A stretch of DNA of 61,055 nucleotides, the filler included, from Hemiscyllium ocellatum (lineage: Eukaryota), in assembly GCF_020745735.1 (NCBI RefSeq). It is 4 parts of 4 records of this genome, joined end to end, with 100 filler letters (N's around TTAATTAATTAA, not from the genome) between each part and the next. Parts side by side here need not be neighbours in the genome. Positions count along the whole stretch, not along the records: positions 45,074 to 55,678 come from NW_026867509.1; positions 55,779 to 61,055 come from NC_083418.1; 2 more parts are not named here. One strand, 5' to 3'. Numbering within the stretch: the stretch's first letter is position 1; each line of letters begins with the position of its first letter. Positions 50,828-61,055 of the stretch are shown one piece after another. The notes beneath the pieces were generated by a model, which did no database searches, was not told the DNA's origin, and saw only the letters and a program-made list of their open reading frames with translations. The position numbers and the translations under genes were made by a program.

Positions 50828-52733
50828 ATTATGTAACTGTCAGGCAGAGGGGAAATGGTCGAGACACTGAACCGTGGATGACTAAGGAAGTTGAATTTCT
50901 TTTCAAGAGGAAGAAGGAGGCTTATGGAAAGATGAAGCTTGAAGGCTCAGCCCGAGCGCTTGAGAAATACAGGTTAACAAGGAAAGACCGAAACAGAGAG
51001 CTAAGAAGAGCCAGGAGGGGGCACGAAACCTCTTTTGATCAAGGAAGGCCATAAATCTTTCTATAAGTATGTCAGAAATAAAAGAATGAAGAGACTAAGG
51101 TTAGGGCCAATCAAGGACAGTAGTAGTAAGTTGCGTGTAGAGTCCAAAGAGACAGGAGAGACAGAAAATGAATATTTTTCGTCAGTATTTACACAGGAAA
51201 AAGACAATGCTGTCGAGGAGTGTAGTAAGATATAGGCTATTAGACGAGACAGGATTGAGTTTCATAAGGAGGATGTGTTAGCAATTCTGGAAGGTCCAAA
51301 AAAACGCTACATTCCCTGGGCTGGATGGGATTTATCCTAGCATTCGCTGGGAAGCTCGGCCGGAGATTTCAGAGCCTGTAGCTTTTATCTTTATTTCGTC
51401 ATTATTGGCAGGGTTAGTGTCAGAAGACTGGAGAACAGCAAATGTTGTCCCCTTGTTCAATAAGGGAGTACAGACAGCCCAGGAAATGACAGACCAGTGA
51501 GCCAACTTCGGTGTGGGTAATCTGCTGGAAATGATTATCAGAAAAATGATTTATAATCATCGAGAAAGGAATAATTTGATTGGGGTAGACAACACTGTTT
51601 TGTCTCAAGGCAACGACGTAATCGACTTGTTCGATCAAGTGTAACATTGTTACCGTATTGAGAATTCTTGGTGTCGTGTCCGGTAGTTCTGCTGCTTTTA
51701 ACTCTGAGAGTACATCCATATCTTCATCACAGCTCCCCCTCAAGAGAAGATGAACTATCATAATTAAAAGATGACTTACTTTTTCTCTACTTTTTAAACA
51801 CATGACGCTGACATACAGGTAACTTGAATATAAGTTCACCTTTACTTCATCCCATATACCTGTACATATATAACATTATATAAAGACAAATCTCATCTAA
51901 ACTCCATCAGTTAAATCAATGATAATGCAGCTTTGATGACGTCCTTCTGAGCTGGATAATGGATGATTTTTTATATTATACGGCTATTACATTCGACTCC
52001 AATGAAATAGTCTCAAATTCTAACCTTTAAAACGTTCTAAGAATGTAAGCAGATTGTGATCAGTGTACACAACTGACTCCAACACATTGTTCGTGACATA
52101 CACATAAAAATGTTGGAAAGACAGTAGCAAACTCAACAGTTCATTTTCGATTCTGAAGCATTTCCTTTGGTGGATGTTGATCTCCTCCGAAAAGTAAACG
52201 ACTGGCAGTTCAAACCCAACCGCATCTTCTTATTGGAGTACCGTTTCAACTCCAACATCACTAGCTTCGATGCTGAGTTTAATCGATTTTGAGAAGTTTG
52301 GTGTAGCTAAAACTGGTTTGGTTGTTAATATCTATTTCAAATTGTCAAATGCCTCCTGGCATGGTTTTGTCCACCGAAACGTTGTGTTCTTCTTGAGCAA
52401 CTCAGTTAAAGGTGCCATGACTCTGCTGAAGTTTGGACCAAACATCTGATAGAATCCGCTGTGTCCAAAAATCGAAGCATCTCTTTCTTCGATGCTGGTC
52501 GTAGAAATTCCTCGATGGCCTTCGTCTTCGCATTCCTTGGGGTCACCCTTCCATGGCCGATGTTCTGTCCCAACCTCGTCACCTCTGCTTTCACGAATTC
52601 CGTTTTGTTTTAGTTTATTAACGATTTTGCTTCTCGTAGTCGTTCCAAGAACTCCGCCAGCTGTGCCATGTGATCCTTGCAGTACACACTAAATATCTCT
52701 ACATGGTCCAAATGGACTACACAGTTCGTTAAC

Positions 52734-52990
52734 TCAGATTCCCTTCAGTGTGGAAACAGGCTCTTCGGCCCAACCAGTCCACACCGACCCTCCAGAGAGT
52801 TACCTACCCGACCCATTCCCTCTGACTGATGCACCAAACACTATGGGCAATTTAGCATGCCCAGTTCACCTGACTGTAGGAGGAAACCGCATCACACCCA
52901 CGTAGACACAGGGAAAATGCGCAAACTCAACGCAGTTACTGGACCCTGATACTGTGAGGCAACAGTGATTACCACTGAGCCACCATGCTG
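52734..52990 (-). mobile_element. V-SINE inserted in the RT region
   Basis: Family head and tail on the - strand. Confidence 0.8.
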
Positions 52991-55029
52991 CTACAAGTCT
53001 CTTCATGAGTCTTTGGAATATGGCGGGCCCATTCTTCATTCCAAAGGGCGTTACTTTAAACTGATACAGCCCATTTGTGGTTACAAATGCAGAAATTTCT
53101 TTCGCCAACTCTGGCAAAGCTGCCTTCCAGTAATCATGCATTACGTCCAACGTGGTGATGTAACTGGCTTGTCCGACTTTCTCGATATAGTCCCCCAATC
53201 TCGGAATTGGATATGAGTCCGCATTTATAATGGCATTGATCTTCTGATAATCCACGCAGAGCTGTTGAGTCCCATCCAGTTCAGAAGGAAGAAGATCAGT
53301 GAACCCCGTTCGCTCTGGCTTGGACCAATGATGGCTTCATCAAATAAGGCCTCTACCCCTTTTTGGACCTGTCTGGCTTTGAAAGGATTAAGCCGACAGA
53401 GGTGTTGTTTTATTGGAACAGTGTTTCCTCTGTCTACTTCACATACAATTGCATTAATCCTTCCCATCTGAATCTTACGAATGGCCGTGTGTTGCAGTAA
53501 CAAATCTTTCATTTGAATTCTGTGCTCCTGAGACAGATAGCTTCCTAACGTACCCCACGCCCAAAGGACCTCTTCATGTTTTAATCAATTTTGAAGCACT
53601 TCAAAATCCATTTGGTCTGGATTTGATTCCTCCTTCTGTGGTGCAGGAACAAACACCTGTTTCTCCCAATTATTTCTCTCCAGGGTAATAGAGTTTAAAC
53701 ATGTTCACATGAGATGTCCGATACATCTCTCTTTCTATCTGGCATCTTTATGAAACAGTTCGGCTCAGTCAAATTTTTCTCAAGTTGAAAGGGACTACTA
53801 AACCTCGCTTTGAGGGGATCTCCTATCACTGGTAACAGTATTAATACGTTTTCCCTTCAGGAAAACTTTCGAGTCTGAGAACTTTTATTTCCCACCTGCG
53901 TCATTCTATACTGTGCCCTTTACAGGTGCTGTTTACCTTATTCACCTAAGCTCGATTTAATCTCTCCGTCAGCTCTGATACATATTCTAAGTGTGAGGTT
54001 TACAATTTTGTCCGGCAAAATTTTTACTTAATTAATTTCAGAGGGCCTCTCACTTCATGATGGAGAATTCACTTGAATGGAGTAAACTGAGTAGATACGT
54101 TCAGGGCATCTCTAATGCTGAACAATACCAATGGGATGCTTTTATCCCAATCATTCGGATAATACTGAAACTATGCTCTCAAAATGGTATGTAAAGTCTG
54201 ATTCCAACTTTCTAAAGCTCGCTGGGATTCAGGATGATACGCACTGGGTTTAAAGTGCTGCATACATAAGCTATCCATAGCCTCCTTAATCAGTCGGGCA
54301 GTAAATTTTGACCCTGGGGACAATCGAATCTCTCTGGGTAGACCATACCTTGTGAAGAAAGCTACTAACTGCTTTACTACTCTTTTTGCCTTCATATTCC
54401 AGAATGCAATTGCCTCCAGAAATCTGGTAGACACATGTATTATAGTTAACAAGTACTGGTTCACACTTTTAGTACACGGGAGCGGACCGAGACAATCAAT
54501 TTATAGCCCGCATGAATGGTTCTTCAAATGGGGTAATTGGCAACAAAGTTGCTGGTTTTATTACCGCCTGTGACTTAAATACCATTTGGCATGTTAGACA
54601 CATACGTCAAAAGGTAACTACATCCATGCGCGTTCCAGTCGAATAACAATGTTTTTGTACTTTAGCCTGTATCTTTCGTACCCCAGGTGACCTCGTACGG
54701 GTAGTTCATGTATTACGCGTAAAACCTCCTGTCTGTATGCTGCTGACAACACAATATGATGCACTTTAGCCCATTTCCTCTCTGCACTAACCTGCCGTGG
54801 TCTGTATTTCTGTCTTCGGATTCTATCTTTCAGATAATATCCTGGAATATTCTCGACCTGCTTGTCAGAGTATGCATCCATATATACATCTTTTGTTGTC
54901 TTGCCATGCTGTTACAAGTCTCTGAGCCTTTCAGGACGACACAGGTCCGTGTGTCCCTCTGCCAGTTCTGCTATTTTTGCCTGCAGCATTACATCATAAG
55001 TGTATATGCGAACTGAACCTCAACTCCTT

Positions 55030-55405
55030 CATGATTTGTTTACACAATTATGAGGGGATAGACAGGATGGAGAGAGACAAGCTTTTTCCTAGAGTGAAGG
55101 ATTCAATAACGAGATGTCATGCTTCCAAGGTGAGAGGTGGAAAGTTTAAGGGGGATACAAGTGGCAAGTACTTCACACAGAGGGTGGTGTGTGTTTGGAA
55201 CGCGTTGCCAGCAGAGGTGGTAGAGGCAGGCACGGTATATTCATTTAAGATGCGTCGGGATTGATGTATGAGTAGGTGGGGAGCAGAGGGATACAAATGA
55301 TTGGGAGTTGATCAATAGGTTTAGACAGTACATTTGGATTGGCACAGGCTTGGAGGGCCGAAGGGCCTTTTCCTGGGTTGTACATTTTCTTTGTTCTTTG
55401 TTCTT
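55030..55405 (+). mobile_element. CR1 3' fragment inserted in the LTR element
   Basis: YFTQRVVCVWNALPAEVVEAG and (TTTGTTC)n tail. Confidence 0.8.
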
Positions 55406-55678
55406 TCATCATTCACTTTAGTTTTCACTTCGTGCTGTGACTTATGATAGTGGGATCTGGTTACCACGTATTCTGAGAAAATACCAGGATATTTCTGTTT
55501 TACCTCCACAATTTATTCGTCTTCCGTTGGCTTCTCCACAACAAGGCCTGTCCTCCTCTCTTGGATCCTGCCAATTCATTCCCAAGAACAAACTGAAATC
55601 CTGGAACTGGCACTCTGTCAATCAATCCTACTGTAACTTCCCCAGACTTAAGTTGGCATTTCAACCTGACTTTACACA

Positions 55679-55778
55679 NNNNNNNNNNNNNNNNNNNNNN
55701 NNNNNNNNNNNNNNNNNNNNNNTTAATTAATTAANNNNNNNNNNNNNNNNNNNNNNNNNNNNNNNNNNNNNNNNNNNN
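55679..55778. other. Assembly gap/linker
   Basis: N44-TTAATTAATTAA-N44. Confidence 0.98.
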
Positions 55779-56965
55779 TTCCCCCATTCCCCCCTTCCCC
55801 ACCCCACCCTCCGCCCCCACCTTCCCCCCTCCCCACCCCACCTTCCCCCCTTCCCCACCCCACCTCCCCCCCTTCCCCACCCTCCGCCCCCCACCTTTCC
55901 CCACCTTCCACACCCTCCGCCCCCCACCTTTCCCCCATTCCCCCCTTCCCCACCCCACCTTCCCCCCTTCCCCACCCCACCCTCCGCCCCCCACCTTCCC
56001 CACCCTCCGCCCCCCACCTTCCCCAACCCACCTTCCACCCCTCCCCACCCCACCTTCCCCCATTCCCCACCTTCCCCCCCTTCCCCACCCCACCTTCCCC
56101 CCCTCCCCACCTTCCCCACCCCACCTTCCCCCCATTCCCCACCTTCCCCCCCTTCCCCACCCCACCTTCCCCACCCCACCTTCCCCCCATTCCCCACCTT
56201 CCCCACCATCCCCCCTTCCCCCCATTCCTCACCCCACCTTCCCCCCCATTCCTCACCCCACCTTCCCCCCCATTCCTCACCCCACCTTCCCCCCCATTCC
56301 TCACCCCACCCCACCCCACCCCTTCCCCACCCCAACCCTTCCCCACCCCACCTTTTCCCCCTTCCCCACCCCACCCTACCCCAACCCTTCCCCACCCCTA
56401 CCCCACCCCACCTTTTCCCCATTCCTCACCCCACCCCACCCCACCCCTTCCCCACCCCAACCCTTCCCCACCCCAACCCTTCCCCACCCCTACCCCACCC
56501 CACCTTTTCCCCCTTCCCCACCCCACTCCACCCCAACCCTTCCCCACCCCACCCCACTCCACTCCACCCCAACCCACCCCACTCCACCCCAACCCTTCCC
56601 CTCCCCACCCCCACCCCAACCCTTCCCCACCCCACCCCACCCCACCCCCCACTGCACACCACCTTTCCCACCCCACCTTTCCCCCTACCCCACCTTTCCC
56701 CTTCCCCACCCCCTTGCCCCCACTTTCCCCCTTCCCTTCCCACCGCACCTTTCCACCTTCCCCCCTACCTTTCCTCCCCCTTCCCCTCCTTTTCCCCACT
56801 CCCGTCCCCTTTTCCTATCCCATTCGCCCTCGCCATTCACATCATCCCCACCCTCTCATTCCCTTACCCCGCCCCATTGTCGCACCAATCTCCACCCCTT
56901 CCCCACTGTCTTCGCACCATCCTCCTCTCTCTCCCCCTCACTCTTCCCCATTCCCTCCCCCTCCC
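55779..56965 (+). repeat. C-rich polypyrimidine low-complexity tract (G-rich on the - strand)
   Basis: About 1.2 kb of CCCCACCCCACCTTCCCC variants with short tandem units such as CCCCCCATTCCTCACCCCACCTT. Confidence 0.95.
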
Positions 56966-56979
56966 CCTCCCCGCCCCGA

Positions 56980-57200
56980 CAATGACCTGCCCGCCGCGGT
57001 TGCTGCCGGGAGTTGTAGTCTTTCCCGTGCGGGCCGCCCTGTGATTGGTGGGGAAGCGGGGGTGAGTCCCGGCGTGCCGTGGGCTGTGTGCGCCTGCGCG
57101 CTGCCAGGATGTGCCGGAGCGGCGGGAGGAGCTGTCAGAGTGAGTGTGGGCAGTGGGGATGGTCACTCAGGGGAGACTCTGTCCATCAGGGCCCTCGGGA
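56980..57200 (+). promoter_or_regulatory. CpG-rich housekeeping-type promoter or first exon of an unidentified gene
   Basis: ZNF143/SBS-type ACTACAACTCCC on the - strand (57008-57019), inverted CCAAT (57044-57048), NRF1-like TGCGCCTGCGCG (57089-57100), GTGAGT donors at 57062 and 57140. Confidence 0.6.
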
Positions 57201-58045
57201 ACCTCAATGGGGCCGTCACTGCATTAACTTCCTCTCTTTAAAAAGGGACTTCCTATGTCCTGAAGTCGTTCAGGCGACGGTCTTGTGGTTCAAATCGCTT
57301 CTGAAAGTGTGGAATGTAAATCCAAACCGACTGGAGGGGACACCACTTGAGAATCAGCCTGATGGTGTTTTCTGATTTAGGCAACAAAAAGGTGAAACTT
57401 GGAAATAACTGGTACTGGTCCAAACTGGAATTAACGTTTAAGATGTACAAGAGCAGTCTGGACCCATGCCAGGCATTTTCCAGATTTTATTGTTTGATGT
57501 TTTTTTTTCTTTCCTTCATTGTCAACAACAAGTTTGACATGAAAAGAATTTGAAAGGAACTTGTGGAATGTAGGCACAGCAGCTGGTTATTTAGAGTCAA
57601 AGAGTCATTCGAGATGTTCTTACTCTTCAAACTTCCCATGGCCCCATGAAAAGGTACCACTGTTGAACCACTCCCGTTCTATCTTCCTGACAGGGTTGTT
57701 GGATAAGATATTCAAGGATTTTGAGCCGTGACAGTGAAGGGACAAGAAGTCAGAATGATTTATGACTTGAAAAGAAATGTGGGAGTGATGTGCACTCTTT
57801 GGGTCGGAACGAGATCAATACAATGCACATCCTTTTTTACGTTTACTCCATTGTAGGAGTACAGTGTAAAACTTTTCCAATGTGTGCCTTCTTATGGTGA
57901 TATCTTTAAATACAAGGACCCAGGTACAATTCTTGGATACAGCAGAGGAATAAAAGTAGTTGCATTACTTAAATTTGAAAAAAATTGTTAAAAATAGGAC
58001 ATTACATTAAGATGGAAATTTAAATAGACATTACAATGTAGCAGT

Positions 58046-58175
58046 AAAAAATGAGGTCTGCAGATGCTGGAGATCACAGCTGCAAATGTGTTGCTGGTCA
58101 AAGCACAGCAGGCCAGGCAGCATCTCAGGAATAGAGAATTCGACGTTTCGAGCATAAGCCCTTCATCAGGAATGC
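58046..58175 (-). mobile_element. Solo Penelope pLTR end, family A, with hammerhead motif at 58138-58173
   Basis: The 36-nt ribozyme motif is identical to the reverse complement of 43469-43504. Confidence 0.85.
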
Positions 58176-58821
58176 AACTCAGTGCAGGGCCCCTGCACGC
58201 AATATGACTGCCCATGCCGGACCCCAGATCAACAGCTGACTCTGTTCCACTTCAAGCCCCTATCTGATCCGCGCTAGCACAAACCTGCTCCAGGTTAAGT
58301 GCCAGGATTGCCTCCACTGTGCTGGTCTCCTCCTGAGACTTGCTAAGTACACAATGCTGCACTGATTTGGGCTGTATTGTTGGCAGAGTCCAAGGTTGTT
58401 TCCTGCATCCTGCAAATAATATACTATACAGTCACTGTGGAAGGGTTGCTGGTGAAGTGAACACGTTATTCAGTATACAGTTGACCTTATTGAGTGTTGT
58501 CATAGTTGTGCTCCTCCAAGCAAGTAAATGTTATCCTATTACATTTTTAGTTGTTTCCAATTGGTGGGATTATTGAACAGTGAGTCTCCTCATTGTAAGC
58601 ATGTTGGGGAGAAAGTGAAAACATGAATCAGCACAAGACATGAAAATAAAATAACTGTGACAGGTCTGGAAATATGGCCCCCTTTGCCTGAAGTTATGTT
58701 CACAAGAGTTTATCTTTATGATAAACTCTGTACTAATGATATTTGGGGTCTAGAACAGTTTTCAGGGTGTTGTATAATTGTGAAAAAAAGTTTTTAAAAA
58801 AAATAAATTGTGTAAAGCTTT

Positions 58822-59275
58822 ATGGAGTCATAGAGATGTACAGCACAGAAACAGATCCTTTGGTCCAACTCGTCTATGCCGACCAGATATCTCAACCCAA
58901 TTTCGTCCCACCTACCAGCACCCGACCCATATCCCACCAAACCCTTCCTATTCATATACCCATCCAGATGTCTTTTAATGTTGCAATTGTACTAGCCTCA
59001 ACCACTTCCTCTTGCAGCTCATTCATACACGTACCACCCTCGCCATGAAACAGTTGCTCCTTTGATCCCTTTTTATATCTTCCTCCTCTCATCCTAAACC
59101 TATGCTCTTTAGTTCTGGGCACCCCACCTTCGGGAAGAGACTTTGTGGATTTATCCCATCCATGCCCCTCATGATTTATAAACCCCTATAAAGTCACCCC
59201 TCAGCCTCCAATGCTCAAGGGAAAATAGCCCCAGAATATTCAACCTCTCCCTTTCGCTCAAATCCTCCAACCCTA
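58822..59275 (-). mobile_element. CR1 3' fragment
   Basis: GAGTCATAGAGATGTACAGC tail and ORF2 end on the - strand. Confidence 0.8.
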
Positions 59276-59669
59276 AAATCTAAATCTTTTATTTAGATTA
59301 AATTTTATGAAGACCCAAGTAGCTACTTAAGGAATATTAAAAGGTTTCACTAGAGGAAATCATATTACATTGCTTCTGATTCAAACATCAAAAATAAACA
59401 AGGTGCCAGATGTAAGAAATAGTGTGTTCATAAAACACAATCAGATAGTATAATGTTGATCTGTGTAATTAACTTTAAATTACAGATATTGTTTGCTATA
59501 CAGATGCAAACATGAATGATTGTACAGTGTGACATATAAATATTAAGGAAGCTCATCCAAGATTGCACAGAGTAAGGCTCCTGCTCTGACCATTTTTTTC
59601 CTTTCTTCTTTTTTGTTTGTTTTTAAAAACTTCTTTAAAAAACTTTCTGAAATACCTTTTAAATTTACT

Positions 59670-60485
59670 TAGTTGGGAATGGAGGCAAGGCTGTCGCAGG
59701 GAGGTGAGTCCCTGCTGTGAACTGGAGCCAAGTCCCTGAACTGGAGGCCATTGTGGGGAGGCATGTCCTGGTCTGGAGGCCATTGCAAAGAGGTGAATTC
59801 CCCATTGTGAACTGGAGCCAAGGCCCCAGGCTGGAGGCCATTGCAGGGAGGCAAGACCCCAGTGTGAACTCGAACCGAGTTCCCGAATTGGGGTCCATTT
59901 CAGGGAATTAAGTCCCAGACTGGAGGCTATTACAGGGAGGCAAGTTCCCTAGTGTGGACTGGAGCCTGTCACGGGGAGACAAGTCCCTTGTGTGAACTCG
60001 AGGCAAGTGCATGGACTGGAGGATGTTATGGAGTGGCGAGTCACGGACTATAGGGCATTGAAGGGAGGCAAGTCGCCAACATGAGCTGGAGGTGAATCCC
60101 CAAACTGCAGATAGTCACGAGGAGGTGGGGCCCCTTGCGGACTGGAGGCGAGGTACCATTGCCTCGAGTTTCAAAACCCAGTATGGTCTGGAAGCTAGGT
60201 ACCAGCACAGACTGGGGTGCAAGGACTGTAAATTGTGTCATTTTATTTTTACTAATTCTTTCTTTTTATTGTTATGCCAGGCTTCTTAGAGTCATAGAGA
60301 TGTACAGCTTGGAAATAGACCCTTCGGTCTAACCCATATTTATTTTTTCTATTTTATACCAAATACTTAAGTATGTGTATCTAGGTATCTTGCACCTAAG
60401 ATGATACCGAGAGTGGTGTATTGTAAACTTTTCACTCTACTCGTTTGAGTACATGTGACAATAAAGCTCATTCAGTCATTCAAGT
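59670..60485 (+). repeat. Unclassified repeat with internal degenerate tandem units and a LINE-like 3' tail
   Basis: Recurring GTGAACTGGAGCC and CTGGAGGCCATTGCAGGGAGG units to about 60170; ends GTGACAATAAAGCTCATTCAGTCATTCA. Confidence 0.5.
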
Positions 60486-61055
60486 TGGTAACATTGAATG
60501 ACACCTAGAAGCTTCAAGGCATACTTGTAATATAAACCCAAATTGGTACCGGGATGGAATCTTTTTCTCGAGTCTATGGGTGAAGGTCAGCCAAAAGGTG
60601 GAAGGGCTTCTGCTAATGGATGGATTTTCTCATGCAGTTTAATTCTTCATTGATTATATACATGTGTAAAAGACCAAATTTTATAAGCAGGCAGACAGGA
60701 AGTTATACACACCCCTGCCCTAACCTATCAGGGCCTTCCAAAAACCATACTTAAAGCACGACTGAACAGCTCTTCATCTCTACAATCCAGGAGAATCAAT
60801 CTCTGTTCATCACCCTAAGATGTCAGAGGCCAGACAAATTATGTACATTGCTCTAGTGATGCTTCCTCTTAAAAACTCCAGAAGAGATGGGCACTGCTTT
60901 TTCCTAGGGATGGCAACAGGAGGCCATCCTGACCATGCAGGCAACCTGGCAGAGATGATTTTGGAGGTAGCATCCAATGGATGGCTCAGGAAAACCTGCT
61001 CTAGTTTAGCAAGTGGATGAATGATGTGCACTAATTCAACATGTGTCCTGCTTGA

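Larger units (their letters stand above)
48560..51600 (+). mobile_element. Old CR1 LINE (5' region, ORF1 esterase and endonuclease remnants) with nested insertions
   Basis: GWCRREGFIDLDNWG, EPWMTKEVE, FYKYVRNKRM remnants. Confidence 0.75.
51600..55678 (-). mobile_element. Decayed Gmr1-like LTR retrotransposon (PR-INT-RT-RH order)
   Basis: On the - strand: protease end (FVLGNELAG, about 55560), integrase (HELPVRGHLG; SAYHPESQRALE, 54880-54170), RT (YPIPRL; PFGMKNGPAIFQRLM, 53500-52990), RNase H (to about 51930), polypurine tract GAGGGGGAG (51742-51734), LTR start TGTG at 51731. Confidence 0.85.

Noticed and set aside
55723-57241. Long Gly/Trp- or Pro-rich ORFs
   Set aside because: The low-complexity C/G tract lacks stop codons, and some of these ORFs run into N gaps.

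Overview
Eukaryotic DNA from a cartilaginous fish (shark-type antigen receptor genes, V-SINEs and CR1 LINEs). The window is four contigs (1-30230, 30331-44973, 45074-55678, 55779-61055) joined by identical 100-nt linkers of N44-TTAATTAATTAA-N44, so adjacency across those points is unproven. Contig 1 holds a complete IgM heavy-chain cluster on the + strand: leader, VH, one 12/12 D, JH, Cmu1-4 with secretory tail, TM1 and TM2. Its VH may be a germline V-D1 join. Contig 2 holds a lesioned kappa-type light-chain C exon, CR1 LINEs and a Penelope-like element ending in a hammerhead ribozyme motif. Contig 3 holds a NAR-TCR-like leader-V-D-J cassette on the - strand with cysteines in the V 3' end, D and J, plus a Gmr1-like LTR element (integrase before RT). 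Contig 4 has a 1.2-kb C-rich tract next to a CpG-rich housekeeping-type promoter. Short fold-back Penelope-derived insertions with 10-14 bp target-site duplications are scattered through the window. Most long ORFs in the supplied track are retroelement fragments or noise. Family names come from recognising motifs by eye, not from database searches, and repeat boundaries are approximate.
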